Below are positions 1 to 9,300 of a DNA stretch of 57,022 nucleotides, piece by piece (the first letter of the stretch is position 1; each line of letters begins with the position of its first letter). The DNA is from a virus, in UHGV virus genome UHGV-1526745; one strand, given 5' to 3'. A program made the position numbers and the translations under genes. The notes below the pieces were generated by a model. The model worked only from the letters and a program-made list of their open reading frames with translations, was not told the origin of the DNA and made no database searches.

Positions 1-90
1 ATGGCATCAGACGGATTCATACATGTATTCCCGGTGAAAAAAGACAAAACCCCGCGCACCGGAAAGGTGGCGGGGGATTCACGGAGATAA
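1..90 (+). CDS. hypothetical small protein (29 aa) at window edge
   Basis: ATG at position 1, open to TAA at 88-90; no recognisable family; below ORF-track cutoff. Confidence 0.2.
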   Translation: MASDGFIHVFPVKKDKTPRTGKVAGDSRR

Positions 91-1249
91 TATCTGTCTG
101 AAATTGTTTTGAATCGATGGGATTGTTGCGTATTAACATGAAGGAGATCAGGACTTATCCGTTACTGGGTGATCTCCTTCCATGAAAATACGCCGTTATT
201 GTTAAACAGCAGGCTGATTTCTCCGTAAAGGGGAAAATATTTATCGGCTGTATGATTATCAGGTGTATCTGTGTTTACTGCTGTGAGTATTTTTTAGTGT
301 ATTGTGGGGGAGATGTCAGTGGGAGATATTAAATTTACGTTTATAATTATCTTACTTCTTCTGTGTGTTTTTTATAAGAGTGCACACGTAATGATATCTG
401 TTGATACCATGTGGTTAAGTGTTTCCCTTCCTGGTCATGCGTAATGATTAAATGCTTTTGTGACACCATTCTTCCGGTCTGAATATTTATCCCGTTCTTT
501 TTATTTGTGCAGTGATACTGTCGGAAGAGAATTCAGTAATGTGAGGTGTCCTGGTCAGGATAATATCTGCTGAGATATTATTAGTTGAGTGTGTTTTACT
601 GAGCAAAAGCTGACTTTTAATTCCTGTACTGAAACACTGTCGCTCGTCCGGGGTTAACTGAAACTGGATGATGATGTAAAATGAAGGCTGTTTTTGTGTT
701 TGTCGAAGAAGTGTTATTTTAATCCATTCTCATCATTGGCTGGCGATTATACAGAAGTATTTGAAGAAAAAATGGTGCATTTTATCTGTGTCAGCAGGGA
801 AGAAGTATTTTATTGATGTATCAGTATTAAATGGTTTTTGTTATTTATAAAAATGTCATCCTGTCCATAAAATATTGTACTCAGCATTCAGTGCAGGAAC
901 TGTAGTCTTCTTTATTTTATTCTTCTTCAGGAGGGGGGGTGATTCCTGAAGGCGTTATTCCCGGTGTTCTGTTTATGATTCTTCCCGGCAGGAAACCGGT
1001 ATCTGCAATACCCGGGATGATGCTTTTTGTTCGTACGTGGTTGTGTAAAATTTGAATAGTGGATGTGCTCCGAAGGGAAGGAGGGGACACACAGATTCAT
1101 TTTGTCTTTCTTCAGCAGCAAAATACACTGTGGTTATTATTTAACCATTAAATCAACAAAAAATTTTACCTCATATTGATTTGACTGCTATTTTTGCTAT
1201 TAATAGACAGAATTGCAGTGCTTTTATATCTGTGTATAGTGAGGTTACT

Positions 1250-2734
1250 ATGTCATTCGGTCAGCCTTGTGATGAGTTTCCCCTGAGTTCGCTGCCTCCA
1301 CTCATTCGTGATGCCGTTATTGAAGCTCAGCAAATTACGCAGGCTCCCCTTGGGCTTGTGGCAGCGTCTGCCCTGGGCGCTGTTTCACTTGTCTGCCAGA
1401 ATCTGATTGATGTCTGCAGACTGAATACACTGCGGGGGCCGGTCTCTCTTTTTTTCCTGACGCTTGCCGAGTCCGGAGAACGAAAAACCGCAGTGGACAA
1501 ATTATTAATGAAGCCCCTGTACCAGCAGGAGATGCAGTTATATTCCAGATACAAAAGTGAACTGGCTGTCTGGAAAAACAAGGAAGAGCTTTTAAAGGCT
1601 CAGAAAAAAGCATTGTTGTCAAAACTGAATAAAGAACTCCGCAAAGGCGCGGATGAGTCAGAAACCCTCAGACAACTGGAAGTACTTCAGAAAAACAGTG
1701 CGGAAGAACCTGTGAGGTATAAATTCATTTTTAATGATGCCACGACTGCGGCAATTAAGAATCAGCTTTGTGGTAAATGGCGTTCAGTTGGTATTATGTC
1801 AGATGAAGCCGGTATTATATTTGATGGATATACCCTGTCTGAGTTGCCTTTTATTAACAAAATGTGGGATGGCTCTGTATTGTCTGTGGACAGAAAGAAT
1901 GAACCCGAACAGATGATTGAAAATGCCAGAATGACGTTATCCCTCATGGTGCAACCCGGTCTTTTTGACCGATATATGGAGCGAAAAGGTTCTGTTGCCA
2001 GGGACAGTGGTTTTCTTGCCCGTTGTCTTATCAGTAAACCTGCAACCACGCAGGGGAAACGCTTTATTAACGGAGCTGTGATTCCGGGAGGATCATTAAC
2101 GGCATTTCATGAACGATTAATGGAACTGGCCAGAGGCAGTATTGAAAAATCCAGTGAGGATGAACGGTATTGTCTGCATTTTTCGCCTGAAGCGCAAAAA
2201 ATATTTATTGAGCACTATAATGTTCTGGAGCAGGATTTATCCCCTTCCGGACCCTTAAGCCCGTTTCGGGGACATGTTTCAAAAAAAACAGAAAACATTG
2301 CAAGAATTGCAGCGTTATTTCAGTATTTCAGCTATGGTGAAGGGAAAATCTCTGCCGATATCATGACGTCTGCTGTCGTAATAAGTTCGTGGTACACAGA
2401 TGAATATAAAAAATTATTTGCGTTACCTGATGAATCTGAACTGCAGCAGAAGGACGCCGAGGAGCTGTTCGACTGGCTCATTGAGGAGTGCCGCGGAGAA
2501 TGCCCGCCCCGTGTCAGGAAAAATTATATTCTCCAGTGTGGCCCGGGCCGGTTCAGAAACAGGAAAAAACTGAACGCATTGCTGAACATTCTTGAATCTC
2601 AGTTCAGGCTTTCTGTCGTGCCGGAAGGAAAAACCATGTATGTTCTGCTTCCCCAGATAGCCAGTTTAAAGTTGTCTGATGTCTCTGGTATTTTTACCTC
2701 GGGTTATCACTACAATAAGCTGAGAGCGAAGTAA
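1250..2734 (+). CDS. DUF3987-family protein (YfjI-like island protein)
   Basis: Track ORF 1181..2734; ATG at 1250 with GTGAGG RBS preferred over TTG at 1181; resembles DUF3987 proteins of CP4-57-type islands (recalled). Confidence 0.6.
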   Translation: MSFGQPCDEFPLSSLPPLIRDAVIEAQQITQAPLGLVAASALGAVSLVCQNLIDVCRLNTLRGPVSLFFLTLAESGERKTAVDKLLMKPLYQQEMQLYSRYKSELAVWKNKEELLKAQKKALLSKLNKELRKGADESETLRQLEVLQKNSAEEPVRYKFIFNDATTAAIKNQLCGKWRSVGIMSDEAGIIFDGYTLSELPFINKMWDGSVLSVDRKNEPEQMIENARMTLSLMVQPGLFDRYMERKGSVARDSGFLARCLISKPATTQGKRFINGAVIPGGSLTAFHERLMELARGSIEKSSEDERYCLHFSPEAQKIFIEHYNVLEQDLSPSGPLSPFRGHVSKKTENIARIAALFQYFSYGEGKISADIMTSAVVISSWYTDEYKKLFALPDESELQQKDAEELFDWLIEECRGECPPRVRKNYILQCGPGRFRNRKKLNALLNILESQFRLSVVPEGKTMYVLLPQIASLKLSDVSGIFTSGYHYNKLRAK

Positions 2735-3055
2735 CCGGTGAGCAGTTTTTCTCCATTATGCTTCAGACTTAGATGATTGATTATTATGGGGATTTCATCA
2801 CCGATATTCAGATGTATGAATATCGGTGATGAACTAAAGCTCAGGAGCTGCGTGGTGGTGATGAATCAACAGGCATATAACTGATACCCGCCGGTCAGAA
2901 GTTCCAGCCTGCGACTTTCCTGTCTGCGTGCCCGCAGTCCGGCGTTCAGGTGCAGCGTGTGACAGAACGCACGGAGAGCGAAACGGCAGGCAGACAGGCC
3001 GTTCAGTCAGCCCTGGCACCCTGCCCGGATACCAGCTTCCCTGAAACAACTGGCA

Positions 3056-3673
3056 TCAGGTGCGCTTATCGTCAACCGTTGTGCGGTATGACAGGAGCAC
3101 GTACTGATCCATCAGATCCGTCAGTGCTGCGCTCTGCTTCTGACGGTTGATGATCCATTCCTCCAGCTCTTTTTCTGATTTCCGTTTCAGATTCTCCGTC
3201 CAGTCGTCAAGGCAGTTTCCGGTCATTAAATCAAGCCAGCAAAGCCAGACCAGTTTGAGGCGCAACTCCGTGCCACCAAACTGACGGAAGAGGCTGATCA
3301 GTTTATTTGCCAGAGAACGCTGCCTCAGACGTTCACATTCAGACAGGAGAATGCCTTCCAGCATCGGATGATGAACCAGCAGATGTTCACTGGTGCATAA
3401 ATTCACTATCAGATCATCATCCAGGGGCGGTGTGGCCCGTTTGTCAGGGCCATAAATCAGCCGGTGCAGGCTCTGGGGTACGATGGCAATCTCCGGTTTT
3501 TCACCATTGAATGACACCCAACCGGGCGTCAGATTATGGAAGTAGTAGATATTCGGATGACACACGCCCCAGAATACGGCGTGCCGGGTGAAGCCGGTCA
3601 GCCATTTCTGGTAGCTTTCGTGGAGCCATTCGTAGCGGGTCTGATACTGTTGTTTCATTTTCATATTCCTCAC
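3056..3673 (-). CDS. inovirus Gp2-family / YfjJ-like protein
   Basis: 205-aa track ORF; MKQQYQTRYEWLHESYQKW N-terminus typical of YfjJ/YagK-type island proteins (recalled). Confidence 0.5.
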   Translation of the reverse strand: MRNMKMKQQYQTRYEWLHESYQKWLTGFTRHAVFWGVCHPNIYYFHNLTPGWVSFNGEKPEIAIVPQSLHRLIYGPDKRATPPLDDDLIVNLCTSEHLLVHHPMLEGILLSECERLRQRSLANKLISLFRQFGGTELRLKLVWLCWLDLMTGNCLDDWTENLKRKSEKELEEWIINRQKQSAALTDLMDQYVLLSYRTTVDDKRT

Positions 3674-3752
3674 GGGGATATAACAGGCAGCAGAATGCCG
3701 CCGGCAGGCCGGAGATTACGTCTGCTGCGGGTGAACGGATAACGGTCAGAAA

Positions 3753-3884
3753 TTACGGACGGGACTGTGCAATACGCGCCTGCAGCCAGGCTTCCACTTC
3801 ACTTTTCAGCCAGCGGGAGCTGCGCCCCATTTTGATGGGGGCAGGAAAGCCCCCATCTTTGATGAGTTTGTAAAACCACTTATC
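3753..3884 (-). pseudogene. alpA: alpA 3' fragment (AlpA-family HTH regulator, C-terminal half)
   Basis: Minus-strand translation ...KDKWFYKLIKDGGFPAPIKMGRSSRWLKSEVEAWLQARIAQSRP* with in-frame stop just upstream and no start codon; complements the N-terminal fragment at 56942..57022. Confidence 0.65.
3876..3884. repeat. attachment-site core copy CCACTTATC (left junction)
   Basis: Same 9-mer with one mismatch (CCGCTTATC) at 56939..56947; both sit exactly where alpA-like coding sequence breaks. Confidence 0.5.
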
Positions 3885-3957
3885 TTTTGAATGGCTGGCT
3901 TAACGAAAAAATATTTTGCATTCAACATCTTATGTTTTGTTTTGTTTTTAATTTATC

Positions 3958-3980
3958 AATTTGGTCGCAATTTGGTACAC
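3958..3980. promoter_or_regulatory. direct repeats AATTTGGT(C/A), putative integrase arm-type sites (left arm)
   Basis: CAATTTGGTCGCAATTTGGTACAC; same motif repeated three times at 56771..56813 next to int. Confidence 0.4.
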
Positions 3981-4009
3981 AAAAAAGAAACGAGGCGTTA
4001 GCCTCGTTT
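3978..4009 (-). terminator. rho-independent terminator after tail-fibre operon
   Basis: Hairpin AAACGAGGC-GTTA-GCCTCGTTT followed on minus strand by CTTTTTTG. Confidence 0.5.
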
Positions 4010-4055
4010 CGCGCGGCGATGTTTTCAACATCACCATGCTATCACTGCCGCATCA

Positions 4056-4322
4056 TTAAGCCCATGCGCGGACGCCTGGATCTGGAACAATGAAAGGCTC
4101 AAGCTGAGAAATATCAACATCGTCACCAGTTATACGCACGTTGACGTAATAACCTTTTTTCCCAATAAGTACAGGTGTCTCGCTTTCTGGATCGTCGAAT
4201 ACAAGGACAAAACCGATATCATCAATAAACACTGTTGACCAATTGGCATCCAGCCAGCCGCTATTAATCACAATGTCGTTGTATTGCTGTTTGTCAGTAA
4301 ATTGCAAGCTAACGTCTTTCAT
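4056..4322 (-). CDS. hypothetical protein downstream of tail fibre gene (possible fibre assembly factor)
   Basis: Track ORF 4056..4340; internal ATG at 4322 preceded by AAGGTGG; position only. Confidence 0.4.
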   Translation of the reverse strand: MKDVSLQFTDKQQYNDIVINSGWLDANWSTVFIDDIGFVLVFDDPESETPVLIGKKGYYVNVRITGDDVDISQLEPFIVPDPGVRAWA

Positions 4323-4332
4323 GTTAACCACC

Positions 4333-6123
4333 TTAAACAATTTCGCTTAATTGCGTATCAGTTAATGCTTTGTGCCATACTCGAACATTTCTGACATGAC
4401 CAAATAGATGACGTTCTCCAGTATTTGTTTTACCACCGATACAAATAGTTGCTGAGCTTTTGATATAAGTCCAGGTTGTTTTTGTTTCGCTGGATATACG
4501 TCCGTTACTTATTGCACATGTAAATTGATTTGCTTTTACACGCATCCCTATAACCATTTTTTCAAGAGAAGCGTTTTCATTAATGTGTGGGCTTGAGCCA
4601 CCAATATCACAATAAGGGAATCCGTCATGATCCGTTGCACGACCGAAGCCAAGAATAATAGCTGCTCCGGTTTGATTACCGCTGGTTTCAAAAACACGTG
4701 GCGCTGCATTTGGCGTTTTGCGCCAGTTCTTATGTACCTCACAAAGAACCGTAAAAGGAAGATTATAAAGGTTATTCTTGATTGGGGCTGTCACCATATC
4801 GCTTGCGCGCGTCGCCGCCGTCGTTTCTGATATAATAAAAGATGATGCGCAAGGGCCATTTTCAACCTGGGGGGTAGCCAGATAAATATAGTCACCAGAT
4901 TCAACGACGCCACCAGATTTTGGTGCGTATTGTATTGCAGAGGTTATGTAAGTTTCTTCACTTGCTTGAATCGTTGCCTCTACAAAAATCCAGCCCGCAG
5001 CTTCATCTTTGTTAACTCGTGCGGTAAGCCTGTCGGCAGCTACACCAGTGATTTCAACCAATAAAGACCGCGTATTAACAATGGCATATCCAAGATTAGA
5101 TGAAGCGCTGCCATCGAAGGCTTCAAACCTGATCCTTAACAGGAGTTCCAGATCCGTTTTAAATCTGCACGATGTCGTCACACACTTATTATCGCCTGAT
5201 ACATCGACAGCCCCCGAGGTTGAAACTACTGCCATATTAAGGGCTGTACTTTGCCCAATTAATGATTCATTACAAACAAACTTTCCATAAGTAAAACCAA
5301 AACTATCAGTTCCAACCTCAGCGATATTCATATTTGCAGATTTACCCCAAGAAGCTGGAGTTGCTGAATTCAACATGTAGTTTGTTCGCTGACCTTCAAT
5401 CAATAAACCTTCTTTTTCAAATCGTGGCTCATTAATTTCCGCCGTTTTCAGTTCGCCAGATTTGTTGATATATGTTGCCGTTGATGCGCGACTGAAATTA
5501 ACCTGTTTATCACTGGCAACCTGAACCACATTATCACCAATCTTCACTTTTTTATAACCCGGAGAATAGCCCGTAATCATATCCAGCGAATCATTAAAGG
5601 GCATCCACACATCCGGCAGAGGCTGTAAAACATACGCGTAAGGCTGCGCCGTCTGATTGGCGTATTCGTGGGCTTCGTCTCTGTATGTCTTAGCTGAATC
5701 TGCGGCGCTTGTCGCTGTTGTTGCAGCGTTGGTTGCAGTTGTAGCTGATTCTGATGCTAATTTTGAGGCTGAAATTACATCTTTGTTGTCGCTGAAAAAC
5801 TCCACAGCGTCCGCTATTTCTGATTCTTTGCCCTGATAGTAACGCAGTGTTTCTGCAACATCCTGAGCAAGACCATCCACAGAGATCGAATCTGAAAGCA
5901 GGATGCTAAATTTAGTCCCAGCCGGAATAGACGGACTTGCCGCCGGAGTTACCGACAAACTTGTTGCGCTTTTTACTTCTGTAATTGAGAAAATCTGCAC
6001 CGGATTGCTAATGGCAATAAGAGTGCAACCAACTCTGATCAGAGATAACGCGGCATTGAATTCAGTCCCTGTTCCGGTAACTGTGTTTCCGCTAACGGCT
6101 ATCGTGCCAGTTGTGTAAATCAT
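4333..6123 (-). CDS. tail fibre protein (receptor-binding, LamG/ConA-like C-terminus)
   Basis: 596-aa ORF after J-like gene; Gly/Thr/Ser-rich N-terminus, Ala/Thr-rich linker, lectin-like C-terminal region. Confidence 0.7.
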   Translation of the reverse strand: MIYTTGTIAVSGNTVTGTGTEFNAALSLIRVGCTLIAISNPVQIFSITEVKSATSLSVTPAASPSIPAGTKFSILLSDSISVDGLAQDVAETLRYYQGKESEIADAVEFFSDNKDVISASKLASESATTATNAATTATSAADSAKTYRDEAHEYANQTAQPYAYVLQPLPDVWMPFNDSLDMITGYSPGYKKVKIGDNVVQVASDKQVNFSRASTATYINKSGELKTAEINEPRFEKEGLLIEGQRTNYMLNSATPASWGKSANMNIAEVGTDSFGFTYGKFVCNESLIGQSTALNMAVVSTSGAVDVSGDNKCVTTSCRFKTDLELLLRIRFEAFDGSASSNLGYAIVNTRSLLVEITGVAADRLTARVNKDEAAGWIFVEATIQASEETYITSAIQYAPKSGGVVESGDYIYLATPQVENGPCASSFIISETTAATRASDMVTAPIKNNLYNLPFTVLCEVHKNWRKTPNAAPRVFETSGNQTGAAIILGFGRATDHDGFPYCDIGGSSPHINENASLEKMVIGMRVKANQFTCAISNGRISSETKTTWTYIKSSATICIGGKTNTGERHLFGHVRNVRVWHKALTDTQLSEIV

Positions 6124-6162
6124 CGCAATGACTCCATTATGTTAATTAACGGAATAATTCTA

Positions 6163-6183
6163 CCATTTTGTGATCTGTGTTGC
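6163..6183. promoter_or_regulatory. conserved motif TTTTGTGATCTGTGT upstream of tail fibre gene
   Basis: Shares TGTGATCTG(T/C)GT with sites at 12858..12873 and 17964..17979. Confidence 0.35.
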
Positions 6184-6304
6184 ATTTTATGCTTGCACAA
6201 AATGTATTTATTGATTTACGTCAATACAATAAATCATTTACAGTGAATGTAACTTGCCACAATTTATGATGTAAATTATTGGCGTAAAAATAAAAACAAT
6301 GCAT

Positions 6305-6333
6305 AAAAACGGGGCTTATACCCCGTTTTGTTT
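6305..6333 (-). terminator. rho-independent terminator after J-like gene
   Basis: Hairpin ACGGGG-CTTATA-CCCCGT flanked by A-tract and T-tract (bidirectional potential). Confidence 0.5.
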
Positions 6334-9300
6334 TTATGCTGTAGTTGATGCGCTGAATGATCCTGTTCCTCTTGATACTAGCATTGTTGGAGAATACAAA
6401 GCTGTACAATATGAGTAGCCTTCTGATGCTGATGTTTGTGGGCAATATATTTGCCCGGTAATACTTGATGCCGTTAAACCAGAAAAAGCGCATTGCACTG
6501 TTAATGTGCATCCACCATAAGGAACGTAATATTGAATTGTTTTACTTTTACCTCCGCAACTAAACGTTACGTTATAAGTTGATCTATATTCACCAGATGC
6601 TAATGAAATCGTCGCCATAAGCATAACTGATTTCCTCAATGGACTATCCGTGCTGTCGTTATATGTGATGGTTGCGTTATAACTTCCGTTATACCCAAGC
6701 ACTCGATCTGGACCAACCCCCATGTTAGCAACATCACCAACAAACGTTTTAGCTTCCACCGTTCCTGTGAATTTACCGCTACTTGCATACACCTTGCCCC
6801 TTACAGTTACGTTGTTGAACTCCGCGTTGCCATTTTTATCAATCATCCACCCGGCAGATCCTGATGCGTAGTTTGTTGACTGTATTCGCTGTGCAATCTT
6901 AGCGGTAGTGATAGCTGCATCTGCAATTTTAGCCGTCCCTATTGATGCGTCTTTAATAAACGCTTCGCGCACATACATTGCGCCATTGGTGACATAGAAA
7001 GGCGATTGATATGTGCCGTTTGCCGCAGTCATTAACACGAAGCGATCAACCAGGAAAATACACTGCGATTGAAAGTTAGTCCCGTCACCAGTAAGGCCAA
7101 GCGACATACCTGTTGCGTATGTTCTGCCGTTGCTATCTGTTGCCAGCTTGATTGAATACGACGCATCTACATTACCTTTAAAGTCGGTAAGCGCTTTCGA
7201 TGTTGTCTCTATAGCGGTTTTGTTCCCGTTAACGGTCACTGTCAACTGATCAATTTTGCTTGATAATGCTTCGTCAGCCGTTGCCATAGCCTGCGACCAT
7301 TCCGTGATGCTTGAATTTACATCTTCGAAAGACGCCGAGATCTGGACAAATTTTTCAGCGCTTGATGCCTCGTGATTTGCGAGTGCCGTTGAGACATCCA
7401 TTATTTTTGCTGAAATGTTTTCATTAATATTTGCCTCAAGCGATGCTATAGCCTCCGCGCGGGCCTGGGTTTCGTCTGCTATTGCTGTATCGATCCTTGC
7501 TATTTCCGCTTTTGTTTTTATCTGGCCTTTCCTGTATTTCGCCTCAATAACAGTGCCCATCTTGCTTTGCGCTATTGAGTTGTTGATAAGTGCAATCGAG
7601 GCGTTTTGCAGACTTGCTTTCGCCTGTTCTATCTTGTCGCTGTTTTTATCAACATCACTTTCAACAGAACCAAGCTCCGCGCTGATGCCTGATATTGCCT
7701 GTGCGCGGGCGCTTGATTCATCGGCAATCGCCTGATCCAAGCGTTTAACGCTGGCGTTCGTGCTATTTTCAAGCGTTGTTAAATCAGCCTTAACATCCGT
7801 TATTGCGTCGCTTCTTGCCTGCGTTTCATCTGATATTGCTTTATCAAGGCGGGAAACGCTGGCGTCAGTTTTCTTATCAAGATTGCTTATTGCTGCGTTT
7901 ACACCGTTAATAGCTTCAGCGCGGGCGCTGGCCTCGTCAGCAACTGCGCGTTGCACGTTAGAGATTTGGCCTTTAAGGTTGGAATCCATCGTATTCATTT
8001 CTGCCGTGATGGTTTCCAGTGATTCCGCAGTCGCTTTTTTCTCTTCAGCGATAACGTTGTCAATACGGTCAATTTCCGCCTTCGTCTCTGTTCTACCTTT
8101 TTTGTACTGAGCGGTAAGAGTTACACGGGTGTTAGTCTGTGCAAGTGAGTTATTAATAAGAGCAATAGAAGCGTTTTGCAGGCTTGCTCTTGCTTGCGCC
8201 AGTTCGCTGTCAACTTTTTCGCTAGATACCTCCAGCGAGTCTATTCTAGACTCATGCTGTCCAATATCATCGGCGTTTTCCTTAACCTTTTTATAAAGAT
8301 CTTCCGTTTCTTTTTTAAGTGTATCCGTGTCAGCTTTTATTGACCCTGTTTCTGTGATTAGGTTGTCAGTAGCAGTTTTAAGGTCATTCGTAGCGCTTTC
8401 GATAAGATCGGTGCGGTCGCCAAGATCCTTAATATCACTTACCATTCCCTTAAATTGCTCTGAATTCATCACGTCTTTGGTGACGTAATCGGTGATTTCA
8501 TCAAAGTTTTCTGTTGGCTTGCCTGATGCTTCAACGAAGTCTGACACACCAAAGGCATTACGCGTGCGCACATAAACGTAATAGGTGTGCCCCGTGTTCA
8601 TGCCGCCAAAAGTCCACTGATGACCACGCCCGGTATATTGTGCTTTAGTGGTTACTGATGCCGGATCGGTGATTTGTGTTTCACCTGAGTAATAAAACTC
8701 ATAACTAGTGTCAGTGGTAAGCGTTGTTCTGCTGATCGGGTAAACTGTAGCCTGAAATACACCGGGAACCCAGTTAACTCCTACCGGGGCCGCTGGTGCG
8801 CCAATAACCAGATCCACAATGCTTTCCGCACCCTTCATGCCCGTGTCATTTCTGCCACGAATGCCTAGTGAGTAGTTGCCAGCATCAATACCATAAAAAT
8901 CATAACTGTAATTCGTAGTTTCGTAGCTTTTAACTACGGCCCCCTCTGAATTATATACGCGGATTTCAAATGTCAGGCGATGAGTTGTCGTCAGTGTTTC
9001 CCATGTTGCGCGGCATTGAACTGTTTCAGATCCAATATTTAACACCTTCAGGTTTTCAATGTTCGGTACGCGGAAGTGATTAAGCGTGTCGTTGTTGACC
9101 TCAAAGATTGCGCCATTATCTACTACAGCCTGTTTGTGCGGGTCATGCTGTGATGCCTCTACAGTGTACACGCTATTATTTTCTGTTTCTGCTACGCTGG
9201 TGATTCGACACAATACGGGTTTTGCTGCGTTAGTTGACACAGCAAATACAGTACCGTTACGAATCCATGCCGGGGCGGATGCAAGGGTAATTTTATTTCC

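Noticed and set aside
1181-1249. TTG start for DUF3987 gene as given by ORF track
   Set aside because: An ATG at 1250 with a GTGAGG Shine-Dalgarno sequence is the more plausible initiation site
2834-3049. 71-aa minus-strand track ORF between the two island genes
   Set aside because: Low-complexity Pro/Arg/His-rich translation, no RBS, GC-rich spacer; probably non-coding
3876-3884. tRNA or tmRNA gene as integration target
   Set aside because: P4-type integrases often target tRNA genes, but the core lies inside alpA-like coding sequence and no cloverleaf-like sequence was seen at either junction
7415-8110. Plus-strand track ORFs (106 and 116 aa) inside the J-like gene
   Set aside because: Antisense to a long well-supported gene; Ser/Ala/Ile-rich mirror translation of the coiled-coil repeat region
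7400-8300. CRISPR-like array
   Set aside because: The only regular repeats in the window are in-frame protein-coding repeats of the J-like gene; no repeat-spacer organisation or cas genes
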